IMG/VR virus record: IMGVR_UViG_3300042397_001844
Coordinates: 8,887 to 72,886 of that record
Source: a virus
DNA: 64,000 bases
Strand: one strand, 5' to 3'
Positions 38,601-48,024 of the stretch are shown here, piece by piece. A model generated the notes under the pieces. It did no database searches, was not told where the DNA came from, and was given only the letters and a program-made list of their open reading frames with translations. The first letter of the stretch is position 1, and each line of letters opens with the position of its first letter. A program made the translations under genes and the position numbers.

Positions 38601-41123
38601 TTAAAAAGAAAAGAATTGTTCAGCGGTTTTTTGTGAAGAAAGTACTGCACCCCACCCTAAAGCCCCATAGAAGTCCTCTAATTTCTTCAATAATTCCCTT
38701 TCGAAGATTTTATCATAATCGATATACGTCCTCACCAAGTCCATTATTTCATCAGGGTCATCATGTCCTTTGAATCCAACCGCATCCAATCCATATGGGT
38801 TTTGTTTCAAATATACCCACTTAATCTTATCACCATCTCTCATTGGAGCGTGCTTAGCTGCACATTTGAAGTGAACTAATAATTGGTTATGTGCAATTGC
38901 TGCTTTAACGTGCGCCGGAGTTCCACTATTAAATTGGAACATTGCTCTATTATCTTTCTTCTTTGGAATATATTTTGATAATTCTTTTACTGCTGAGTTT
39001 TTAGCAATTGAAGTTACATCCATATTAACCAAGTCCTTTTTGAAATCATATATCCTGTCAGTTAGAACCATTTCAGTTTCACCTTGTAGAATTGAAATAA
39101 GGATACCACTCATAAACTTACGGAATTGTGCGGGGTACGATGAACGAACCACATCCAATCCTTTAACTTGCAACGTATCACAAGGAATACCATTCTCCGC
39201 AATAATCCATTGAGCGTATCTTTTCTTAGCAATCCAAATACCACTTCTACTTACGAATTCTTTTTTGATTTGGAATCTATGTTTTGTTTTATCAACATTA
39301 AATACTTTCTCAGCCAATACATCATAAAACTTATTTAAAAAGTCTTGTGTTTCACCAGCAATAGCATCCACCTTTAATGCAATTTCTGCATCAGTCAAAT
39401 TTCTCCAATCTTTATAACGATGGTCTAAGATAGGTACTGCTGAAAAGAATACGGAATCCGTATCAATGTATATGTTAAAGTCTTGTCCGTTTGTTCCTAA
39501 TTCTTTATTGTATTTAATGTTAGCCATATCAGCCGTAGATTTAATTACAGTCTGACCTGTTGTTGTTACAGCCTCAGCGTTGTCCACATCATAGAAACGG
39601 AAAGCCGGCAAACCTAACACACCATACAAAGAGTTCAATAAGATTTTTTGTACCAACTGTCTTTTTTTATAGAAAGCGTATTTCTCTTTGTCACCACTCT
39701 CACCATACTTCTTCTCTAATGCTCTAAACTCCACACGTTGTTTGAACCATAGGTCTAAGATATCAGGAATACAACCTACTTTATCAGTAGTGTAAAGAAC
39801 TCCGTTAGATGATATAGCGTATTTACTTTCATCCAACAATTTTTTAAGATTATCTTTTGTAATACTTTTATCTCCTAAAAAGAAAGTATCAATTTCACCC
39901 TTCATAAACTTTTGTGCATCCCAATTATCAATCTTACCAACTTTAGTTTCTGGTGAAATGTTAGTTGTCATAATGATTGAAGGATATAGTGAAGTTAAAT
40001 CCAAGTCATATATCCATTCGTACTTACCAACGATAGGTGCCTTCACATATGCTCCAATGAATTTCTCTTGGTCATTATCTCTAAGTGCTTGCATTCTTTC
40101 TTGTCTATCCGCAGGTTTGTTAGGAGCTACAATGTTTCTTCTCTTAAGGTAACATAACAATGCACCCTCTAAGTATTTCGATGAATAAACAAAGTCCTCA
40201 TATGGAACGTGTCCAGCGTGACAGATACCTCTAGCCGTATCAATGAATTGTAACTTCTTATCCATATCAGCTACTAACTGAACATCGACTAAGTTATACT
40301 CAATAAACTTTTCAATATCATCTTTGAATAAATCATCTAAGTTACCAGAGTACTCAATCTTACCTCTACCCAATTCCTTCATCGCAATACTATCCAAACG
40401 ATAGTTATCTAATTCCGAATAGGTGAAGTTTTTATATAAAGCTAGGTAATCTAAATAAGATACGCCGGCCATATAGAATCTCTTACGATATGGAGACCAA
40501 AAACATTCACCTATTGGGCTTAATCTATTAGCGTGTTTAACACCTAATAGTCTTTTAATACGATTATATAAATAAGGAGTATCGAAGTTATCAATGTTCC
40601 AACCAGTTACGATTGTTGGATTGATGTATTCATACAATTCTAAATATTTCATACACATATCCCTCTCATCTTTGAAAGGAATTACAGTACGATTGCCGGT
40701 CTTCTTCTCACTCATTTTACCAGCTTTGTCCATAATCAAAACCCAATAATGATTAGTAGCAGAATCATGCAAACCAATTGCCGTTAATTCATTTTCTGAT
40801 TTTTCTACATCAGGCAAACCACTATCCATTTCACACTCAATATCATATGTAAGCGTAACGTGTCCTTCTGATGGTATATCTGAATCAGTATATGTATCAA
40901 CCAAAACTCTAGTGGTTTCGGCTACATCGGATTCAAATAAATTCGGGTCATCTTTTGTGAATTTAAAAATCTTATCTAACTTATCTCCATACAAAGATGT
41001 GTATTGTCCTCTTTGTGCTTTTTCATAAGCATACCTAACATACGGAAAGGTTCTATATCCTAACTTATCATCCCAAATGTGTACTAAATTTCTTTCTCTC
41101 TGATAATAAATATTTTGATACAT
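38601..41123 (-). CDS. Family B DNA polymerase with 3'-5' exonuclease
   Basis: YDIE, GWNIDNFD, YNLVD, DLTSLYPS, KILLNSLYG, YIDTDS, KKRY; C-terminal PIP-like QKTAEQFF. Confidence 0.96.
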   Translation of the reverse strand: MYQNIYYQRERNLVHIWDDKLGYRTFPYVRYAYEKAQRGQYTSLYGDKLDKIFKFTKDDPNLFESDVAETTRVLVDTYTDSDIPSEGHVTLTYDIECEMDSGLPDVEKSENELTAIGLHDSATNHYWVLIMDKAGKMSEKKTGNRTVIPFKDERDMCMKYLELYEYINPTIVTGWNIDNFDTPYLYNRIKRLLGVKHANRLSPIGECFWSPYRKRFYMAGVSYLDYLALYKNFTYSELDNYRLDSIAMKELGRGKIEYSGNLDDLFKDDIEKFIEYNLVDVQLVADMDKKLQFIDTARGICHAGHVPYEDFVYSSKYLEGALLCYLKRRNIVAPNKPADRQERMQALRDNDQEKFIGAYVKAPIVGKYEWIYDLDLTSLYPSIIMTTNISPETKVGKIDNWDAQKFMKGEIDTFFLGDKSITKDNLKKLLDESKYAISSNGVLYTTDKVGCIPDILDLWFKQRVEFRALEKKYGESGDKEKYAFYKKRQLVQKILLNSLYGVLGLPAFRFYDVDNAEAVTTTGQTVIKSTADMANIKYNKELGTNGQDFNIYIDTDSVFFSAVPILDHRYKDWRNLTDAEIALKVDAIAGETQDFLNKFYDVLAEKVFNVDKTKHRFQIKKEFVSRSGIWIAKKRYAQWIIAENGIPCDTLQVKGLDVVRSSYPAQFRKFMSGILISILQGETEMVLTDRIYDFKKDLVNMDVTSIAKNSAVKELSKYIPKKKDNRAMFQFNSGTPAHVKAAIAHNQLLVHFKCAAKHAPMRDGDKIKWVYLKQNPYGLDAVGFKGHDDPDEIMDLVRTYIDYDKIFERELLKKLEDFYGALGWGAVLSSQKTAEQFFSF

Positions 41124-42239
41124 CTATGCTTTTAATTTTATATTTAATTGTTGTAACATTCTACCTTCGTTTTCTGAAAGTTCTAATGCTCTTTCTATAC
41201 TTTTAATCTCTCTATCCTTTCTATAATTATCGTCATCCAATATTTTATCTAGCATTTCAAACAGGTCTTTTTTAAATTTAAAAAACAATCCGTTTGGTTC
41301 TATTTCCTGATAACATAAAGATTCTTGATATATCATTGGAGTACCATTCATCAAACAATCCGTTGCTGATACACTCCAACCATAATTCGTTTGCCTCATT
41401 TGAATACCGACTTTACATTGTTGTAATCTACCATAGTATTCATGCTTTGGAAGTTTAGTTGAATCAATCCAGCTATGTTCCGGCGTTCCTTTTAATTGAG
41501 GCACCCATACACTAAAATCTTGTCTACGTTCTCTATATTCCTCCATCAATTTAATGAAAGTAGGGTATCCTTTATAAGCTGCTGCTCTATGATTGAATAC
41601 TATAATATTTCGTTTTTCTTCTGATGCTGATTCAATTACATTTTGTTTTGGTAGTCCCAAATTCCATACCACCAAAATATCATCTAACTTTTTAACAAAC
41701 TCATCATTGAACCAAATCTTAGCTTCTTCCAATACTCTATTCTTTTGGTCTTGTGTATTAAGGTAACAAGTTTCCATTTGAGATATACCTAATAGTTCAA
41801 TAGGCATCCATCTCCATTTATTCTTTCTATCTTCCGCATTGCAGGTTTTCATTTCCCACCAATGGCAATATCCAATAATTTTTGTGTTGAAATCGTTTTT
41901 GTATCTACCAACTTGAGGCCAATCAGGCAAATGTGAGTAGATAACATCATACTCTAATGTTTCTAATAATCGATTGAAGTCGGGCGGATAGGTACGCATT
42001 TTAATCATATCGCCAGAGAAGGGTAAGATATGCTGCTTTACATTTAGTAAATTCAGTTTCCTAACCGGCTCTGGTAATATAATATTCCAAAAGTATTCAC
42101 CGTGTTGCTCTAAACCTTTTATGTGGTTGTAGATAACATCAACGAATGAATCCTTTTCTATATTAGCGGAATTGGTGATATTAGGTATCACCAAAACACG
42201 CCTTGCTTCTTTACTTAATTGTCCTTCCCAAAATGTCAT
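41124..42239 (-). CDS. GT-B glycosyltransferase, candidate DNA-base glycosyltransferase
   Basis: DVIYSHLP, VFNHR..YKG, WSVSATDCLMNGTP; abuts PolB with no gap. Confidence 0.65.
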   Translation of the reverse strand: MTFWEGQLSKEARRVLVIPNITNSANIEKDSFVDVIYNHIKGLEQHGEYFWNIILPEPVRKLNLLNVKQHILPFSGDMIKMRTYPPDFNRLLETLEYDVIYSHLPDWPQVGRYKNDFNTKIIGYCHWWEMKTCNAEDRKNKWRWMPIELLGISQMETCYLNTQDQKNRVLEEAKIWFNDEFVKKLDDILVVWNLGLPKQNVIESASEEKRNIIVFNHRAAAYKGYPTFIKLMEEYRERRQDFSVWVPQLKGTPEHSWIDSTKLPKHEYYGRLQQCKVGIQMRQTNYGWSVSATDCLMNGTPMIYQESLCYQEIEPNGLFFKFKKDLFEMLDKILDDDNYRKDREIKSIERALELSENEGRMLQQLNIKLKA

Positions 42240-42249
42240 TAATTATTAT

Positions 42250-43725
42250 TTAATTTAAAAGTGATTTGTACTCATCACCACTCATATTCAACTTTTTAAG
42301 ATTATGAGATTTGCTAGTTACTACAAGATTATCATATTCAGTAACACCACCTTTTTTCTTTCCCCAACTTCTAGGAATATAATGGTCACCAACCAACTTC
42401 TTATTATCCAAAGGTTGTCCATCGTAGAAATCAATTCTACCTTGCTCTTCCCATTTTCTGATAATTTGGTCTCTAGTAAAATCACGATTATCAATTTCAA
42501 TTACCCCAAAAGAATCCATATTTTCTTTTAATTCCTTATCCAATATATAAGTGATTGTACCAATTGCTTTTGGATTTTTACCACCAAATAGTTTATTGAA
42601 TGGCTCCATTTGCTCATCATCAGTACCAAACATTAATTCATCAGCATACAACTTACCACCAGTCTTTTTATCGGTATTACTCCATTTATCATATACTTCA
42701 AAAAACTTATTTACATAGGTTTCTATAATAAGCTTTCCGTATTTGTTTTTTAACTCATAACCATATAAAATTAACATTTGAGAAAACATTGGTACAAGTT
42801 TATATTTTCTATCAGATGCAACAGATGTAATGATATCATAAGAAAATTGAATTAGTGGTTCTAAAACCGATTCTTTATAATCTTCAAATTGTTCTTCGGT
42901 AGATAAGATACCATTGGTGGCCTGAGCCTTTGTAATCCAATCGGTGTGTTTTCCTTGTGTAAGTCCATTACGATAACCATTATGTTGTAACATAATCATT
43001 TCGGAAACAAACTCATCTACTTCCATACGGCCGTTGATTACGAACCCTTCGGAGAAATTAGATAATTTCCATTTTTTCTTCTTTCCACTATCAATTAATG
43101 TTCTATCAAATAGTTTATGCTTATTTTCAAATCTTGATATATTACGAATATATTCAGATAATCTACCACGAATAGCGTTTCTCTTTTCTTGTGGTTTCAT
43201 TTCATTTGAATTATTCAAAACATTAATGAATAAATCAGCCGTTTGAGAATCTGATAAGTTTTCGTACCACTTACAGCTAATTCTATAAGAAAGTATTGTT
43301 TGATATAAATTTGGTTCGTTTTGTCTAATCCAATCTATATTCTTTTCGCGCAAATCAATACCATTGATTATAAAAGAGTCATGTTTTGGTAAACAAAACT
43401 CACCATTTATAAAATCCAAAATAGATGTTATTCTTTGCTGCCCGTCAATAAGTTCAAAGATAAAAGATTTTCCTTTCTTAACAACTCTAATATGAATTTC
43501 AGGAATCTTTTTATACGAATTGAGAATAACAGTTAGCATTATACCTTGTTTAAAGGTAAGAGATGCTACTTTTTCTCTTTGATACTCCCTAGCCCCAGTT
43601 TCAATTTTTGGAGTTTTAGAGTCTGTTAAATACGAAATACTAACATCTCCATCGTAAGATGTTGGTTTGTTTGTTTGGCCAAAGCTTTCTTCGGCGATTT
43701 CACAATAAATGAAATTTTCAGTCAT
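42250..43725 (-). CDS. DUF262 (ParB-like) plus HNH protein, GmrSD-like
   Basis: YQR, IDGQQR, F..LNN; C-terminal DHYIP...GG...NL......N. Confidence 0.85.
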   Translation of the reverse strand: MTENFIYCEIAEESFGQTNKPTSYDGDVSISYLTDSKTPKIETGAREYQREKVASLTFKQGIMLTVILNSYKKIPEIHIRVVKKGKSFIFELIDGQQRITSILDFINGEFCLPKHDSFIINGIDLREKNIDWIRQNEPNLYQTILSYRISCKWYENLSDSQTADLFINVLNNSNEMKPQEKRNAIRGRLSEYIRNISRFENKHKLFDRTLIDSGKKKKWKLSNFSEGFVINGRMEVDEFVSEMIMLQHNGYRNGLTQGKHTDWITKAQATNGILSTEEQFEDYKESVLEPLIQFSYDIITSVASDRKYKLVPMFSQMLILYGYELKNKYGKLIIETYVNKFFEVYDKWSNTDKKTGGKLYADELMFGTDDEQMEPFNKLFGGKNPKAIGTITYILDKELKENMDSFGVIEIDNRDFTRDQIIRKWEEQGRIDFYDGQPLDNKKLVGDHYIPRSWGKKKGGVTEYDNLVVTSKSHNLKKLNMSGDEYKSLLN

Positions 43726-43814
43726 AGTTTAAAATTTGCGATAATATCTTAACCTCTAATTTATAATTTTTTTGGGTTTTTAGATATCATCAGTTTTATA
43801 AATTGTTTACTATG

Positions 43815-43846
43815 TAAAGGTACGAATAATTTGTGAATTCGCCAAA
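43815..43846 (-). promoter_or_regulatory. Bacteroidota-type promoter for the DUF262-HNH gene
   Basis: TTTG-N20-TACCTTTA. Confidence 0.65.
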
Positions 43847-43863
43847 TCTTTTTTACTATTTAT

Positions 43864-43892
43864 TATAACTGATTGATTATCAATGAGTTATA
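43864..43892. repeat. Near-perfect palindrome, 13-bp arms with 3-bp spacer
   Basis: TATAACTGATTGA-TTA-TCAATGAGTTATA (one mismatch). Confidence 0.8.
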
Positions 43893-43894
43893 TA

Positions 43895-44695
43895 TTACCA
43901 AAAATTTTCAGTACCTTCCGGTACTTCGTATGTAGTTAGATGATGTACCACTTCTGTGTTGTATGAAGCGGTATCTTTTGGATACGGCCTGATTTCGTGC
44001 TTTAATCGTTTCATCAAATCCTTCTTTTCTTTTTTATCTTGCGCAAGTATTTGAACATATCTATGTTTTGGTGGTTCTTCCCTTCTCCAAAACTCTTTAT
44101 ATCCTTGCTTACCAATTTCCATTTGTAAGTGTGCTAAGTTACCACTACCCCACATTGAAAATACAGTTCTACTATGAATCCATTGATACGGGTCTTTGTG
44201 TAATGATATACCCCAATTTGGCATCAATGCAATATCCGTAGATAATCCTTGATAAATCCAATTGGTAGCTTGGTATATTCCTCCCAAGTGAGCTTGTCCG
44301 TTATCAGCGTATGAAAGTAATACCTTAATATTCTTATCATGCTCTTTTAACCATTTGAAAGATTGTCCTAATGCAAATGATTCAATATTAGAACCATAAC
44401 CATCATCACAATATAAACGTGTCAATTCTAAAATGTTATCTTTGGTCAATCCTTCACAAATAGAAGTGGATGCTTTTGCTCCAACAGGAAACCCATAGAT
44501 TAAACAACCTATAAGTTTATCACCATCAAAGGTATTAGCATCTTCTGATTTGTAATATATTCCAATTGCATATCTACAAGCTGTCCAAGCGTGAGTATAG
44601 TGCTTCTTAACAATAATATCTTTAGCGATACTCTTTGCTATTGGAGCTACATATACTTTGGATGTATCACAATAATTTTTACCTTCTACCTTCAT
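43895..44695 (-). CDS. Mom-family DNA modification protein, paralogue 1
   Basis: HY, LELTRL, N.ES, SYAD..Q.HLGGIYQATNWIYQG, KHRY. Confidence 0.85.
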   Translation of the reverse strand: MKVEGKNYCDTSKVYVAPIAKSIAKDIIVKKHYTHAWTACRYAIGIYYKSEDANTFDGDKLIGCLIYGFPVGAKASTSICEGLTKDNILELTRLYCDDGYGSNIESFALGQSFKWLKEHDKNIKVLLSYADNGQAHLGGIYQATNWIYQGLSTDIALMPNWGISLHKDPYQWIHSRTVFSMWGSGNLAHLQMEIGKQGYKEFWRREEPPKHRYVQILAQDKKEKKDLMKRLKHEIRPYPKDTASYNTEVVHHLTTYEVPEGTENFW

Positions 44696-44933
44696 TCTTT
44701 TTTGCTTGTTTTGCTTTTTCTAAAATAGATAAACTTCTCTCAGCCTTTGCTAATTTTTGTCTTTGTTTCAAATCTTTTACATAACCAGCAGGATATTTGT
44801 TCTCTACTGATATAGGTCCATTTGGGAATTTATCCAAATCGTATTTCCAAATTGATTCACATCCATCATCATCTTTGTAGATATGTTCAAATTTACGTGG
44901 TTTATCCTTAGCGCTGGGTTCTACTCTTGCCAT
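44679..44933 (-). CDS. Hypothetical basic protein between the Mom paralogues
   Basis: 84 aa ORF with its own promoter, overlapping the start of Mom paralogue 1. Confidence 0.6.
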   Translation of the reverse strand: MARVEPSAKDKPRKFEHIYKDDDGCESIWKYDLDKFPNGPISVENKYPAGYVKDLKQRQKLAKAERSLSILEKAKQAKKNEGRR

Positions 44934-44940
44934 AACATTA

Positions 44941-44972
44941 CAAATATACGAAATTAATCTGAAACTACCAAA
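44941..44972 (-). promoter_or_regulatory. Bacteroidota-type promoter, nearly leaderless transcript
   Basis: TTTG-N20-TATATTTG ending 7 nt before the ATG. Confidence 0.7.
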
Positions 44973-45727
44973 TCTATCGGCTCCATTTTATGAACTTCAT
45001 CGATAATATCCAACTCTACCTTTGGATATGGGAATACCTCATGTTTAAGCGATTTTAAGAGGGCTTTACGTTCCTTTTTATCTTTGGTTAGAATATACAC
45101 ATAGCGATGCTTACGGGGTTCTCTTTTAATCCAGAATGGGCTTGTAACCATTGTCTGAATTATCTTTGGGTCATTCGTTCCGTACTTCACATAGGATGTC
45201 CGAGAATGATGCCATTCATCATCTTCACTCCATTTGAAACTCCAACTATCTGACCATCTGATTTTGTTACCTTGATATATCCAATTAGTAGCTTGATATA
45301 CCGTTCCTAAGTGCCCAGCGTTTGGGTCTGAATAAGATATTAGGGCTTTGATACGAGGTACATTAGTTCTTAACCATTCAAAAGATTGTCCAACGAACCA
45401 ACTCTCAATGTTACTACCATATCCATCGAATACGAATAGTCGTGTTAATTCTAATACACCATCTCTAGGAAGTAATTCGGAAATTGATGCGCCGGCATTT
45501 CTACCAACCGGGTCACCATAACAGGCAACTCCAACTAATTGTTCATTCACTCCACTAAAGAATGAATGTTCATCATCGGATATATAAAATAATCCAATGG
45601 CATAGGATACCTTTGTCCATATTCCACTATAATGGTTATTGACAATGATATCCTTTGCTATGTTCTTATTAATCTCTCTAATTGAAAATTTAGAGATATC
45701 GCAATATTGTTTACCTTCTACTTTCAT
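44954..45727 (-). CDS. Mom-family DNA modification protein, paralogue 2
   Basis: HYSG, LELTRL, SNIES, SYSDPNAGHLGTVYQATNWIYQG, KHRY. Confidence 0.85.
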   Translation of the reverse strand: MKVEGKQYCDISKFSIREINKNIAKDIIVNNHYSGIWTKVSYAIGLFYISDDEHSFFSGVNEQLVGVACYGDPVGRNAGASISELLPRDGVLELTRLFVFDGYGSNIESWFVGQSFEWLRTNVPRIKALISYSDPNAGHLGTVYQATNWIYQGNKIRWSDSWSFKWSEDDEWHHSRTSYVKYGTNDPKIIQTMVTSPFWIKREPRKHRYVYILTKDKKERKALLKSLKHEVFPYPKVELDIIDEVHKMEPIDLVVSD

Positions 45728-45927
45728 AAGCTACCACTCCAAAAATGATTTAAATGAGTCCAAGTTTTACGTTGAATTATCTTCAATACATTTGATGGTG
45801 ATACCTTATTGTTTTGGGCAATAACTTTAATATTACGATGACCCATTCTCCATAGGTCTCTAATGATTAAAACTTGTTCCTCTGTCAGTTTTGCTGACGG
45901 GTGTTGCTGCCCTCTTAAAATTGCCAT
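45724..45927 (-). CDS. Small HTH protein resembling the DNA-binding tail of HNH homing endonucleases
   Basis: GQQHPSAKLTEEQV..IR...IA....VS...I...KTWTH. Confidence 0.65.
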   Translation of the reverse strand: MAILRGQQHPSAKLTEEQVLIIRDLWRMGHRNIKVIAQNNKVSPSNVLKIIQRKTWTHLNHFWSGSL

Positions 45928-45950
45928 AAATGTAACCTTTATTTTTTGTT

Positions 45951-46214
45951 CTACTTCAATCCTTCGTTGATAGCGTTTACATACGCCATCTTAGAAGACA
46001 TTCCAGTAAATCTATTTATTTCTACTCCATCTTTTACTATCACTACAGTTGGTACTGAACGTACTCCGTATTCAGTTGCTGCTTCATATGCCGTATCTAC
46101 ATCATAATCAGTAAACTTAACATTTGTAAATTGTCCCTTAACTTCATTCATAATAGGAGCTAATGCTCTGCATGGGCCACACCACACTGCTGAAAATTTC
46201 TTTACTTCTAACAT
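45951..46214 (-). CDS. trxA: Thioredoxin
   Basis: WCGPC and SVPT. Confidence 0.93.
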   Translation of the reverse strand: MLEVKKFSAVWCGPCRALAPIMNEVKGQFTNVKFTDYDVDTAYEAATEYGVRSVPTVVIVKDGVEINRFTGMSSKMAYVNAINEGLK

Positions 46215-46236
46215 CTTCTTTTTTTATTTTAATTGT

Positions 46237-48015
46237 TTATGCTTCACAACTTACACAGTCAGGGTTCATAGCTTGTTGAGCTATATCTCCTCTCAATACT
46301 GATTCAGTTCTCATATAATATAATGTTTTAACTCCTTGCTTCCAAGCTTCCAAATGTACCTGATTAATCCATTTAGGGTCAGCTATTGCTGGAAATGCTA
46401 AATTCAATGAAACCGCCTGGTCTATATATTGTTGTCTAACACCTGCTTGTCTTACCAAATCCAATTGATTAATTTCTTTGAATGTTTTGAATACATCTTT
46501 AACTGATGTACATTTATGTTTTGCTTCACCCTCTACTTCTTTACACTCCACAATCTTTCCATCTACATAACACCACTCATCTAAAAAATCCAATCCCATT
46601 ACAGAACCACCATCTGCTAAAATCTTATCCCAAGTTTCTTTTGTATCAAATCCTATTTTCTTTAACACCTTTTTTAATTCAGGATTCTTTCTGATGAAAG
46701 TTCCTTTTGATGTTTGTTCGGTAAATACATTAGCTGCCCAAGGTTCAATACCACTACTTACGTTACCACTCAACTTAGAGTTTGATACCGTAGGTGCTAC
46801 TGCTCTTAAATGTGTATTTCTCATACCACTTTCTTTACACCATAGTGGTTCACCATATTCAGTTGCTAACCATCTACTTGCTCTTTCAGATTCAATCTTT
46901 AATTGAGAGAAAATCTTACGGGTTTCAAATTGAGCTTGTAAACCTTCAAATGGCAATCCTTTTTGTTGTAAATAAGTGTGCCATCCCAATACACCTAAAC
47001 CCAATGCTCTACCTCTTTCTGCTGAACGTACTGAATTTTCAAATCCTTTTAAGTTTTTAGCTCTTTGGATAAATTCTTCCAATACACCATCTAAAAAGAT
47101 AGTAGCTGTATAAACTAAATCCGTATCTTTCCACTCATCGTACTTTGCTAAGTTTAGAGAACTTAAGCAACAAACAAATGAATGTTGTTCATCAGTATGT
47201 AATACGATTTCAGAACATATATTAGTCATATGAACTTTCAAACCATTCTTTTTATACATTTCAGGATTTGCTTTGTTTACATTTCCTTTATACATAATGT
47301 ATGGTTCACCAGTTGCTTTTCTTTTTTGTAATAATTTACCCCACTTTCTACGAGCATCAGGCTCACCTTCTTCTAACTTCTTCATAAATCTATCACTAAT
47401 TACAACACATTGATGTAAGTTAAGTGATTGACGATTTACATCTCCCTTTGGTTCTCTAATCTCTAAGAAATCTTCAAAATCTTTGTGTTCAATTTTAATG
47501 TTTACCGATGCTGCTCCTCTACGAACTGAACCCTGATTTGTAGCTAGAATAGTTGAATCATAGATTTTACAAAATGGAACTACACCATCTGATGTACCAT
47601 TTCCAGTAATTTTAGTACCAGCCGGTCTAATCATATTAATACCAATACCAACACCACCGCCATGCTTTGCTAACAACATCAATTCTAAATTCTTAGAACC
47701 AATCTCATAGATACTATCACCCACATCAATACCGAAGCATGAAATAGGTAATCCTCTATCAGTACCAGTATTTGCTAATACAGGTGTTGCTAAACATAAC
47801 CAACCCTTCCACATATAATCAAAAAACTTTGTTGCTAATTGTGGTTTATCCAATCTCTTAGCAACTGCCGTAGCAACTCTCCAATATGCATCTTTAGGCT
47901 TTTCGCCTGATTGTAAATAAGTCTTTGATATAGTTTTTATATATATCTCATTGTTTCCCCAAGAAGGAAAATCAACATCTATTTCCCATCCATTTTCTTC
48001 TCCGTAATTTTTCAT
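46237..48015 (-). CDS. nrdA: Class I ribonucleotide reductase alpha subunit (no ATP cone)
   Basis: ATPVLAN, ISCF, TNICSEI, APTVSNS, KTLYY, C-terminal CVSC. Confidence 0.95.
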   Translation of the reverse strand: MKNYGEENGWEIDVDFPSWGNNEIYIKTISKTYLQSGEKPKDAYWRVATAVAKRLDKPQLATKFFDYMWKGWLCLATPVLANTGTDRGLPISCFGIDVGDSIYEIGSKNLELMLLAKHGGGVGIGINMIRPAGTKITGNGTSDGVVPFCKIYDSTILATNQGSVRRGAASVNIKIEHKDFEDFLEIREPKGDVNRQSLNLHQCVVISDRFMKKLEEGEPDARRKWGKLLQKRKATGEPYIMYKGNVNKANPEMYKKNGLKVHMTNICSEIVLHTDEQHSFVCCLSSLNLAKYDEWKDTDLVYTATIFLDGVLEEFIQRAKNLKGFENSVRSAERGRALGLGVLGWHTYLQQKGLPFEGLQAQFETRKIFSQLKIESERASRWLATEYGEPLWCKESGMRNTHLRAVAPTVSNSKLSGNVSSGIEPWAANVFTEQTSKGTFIRKNPELKKVLKKIGFDTKETWDKILADGGSVMGLDFLDEWCYVDGKIVECKEVEGEAKHKCTSVKDVFKTFKEINQLDLVRQAGVRQQYIDQAVSLNLAFPAIADPKWINQVHLEAWKQGVKTLYYMRTESVLRGDIAQQAMNPDCVSCEA

Positions 48016-48024
48016 AAACTTTTT

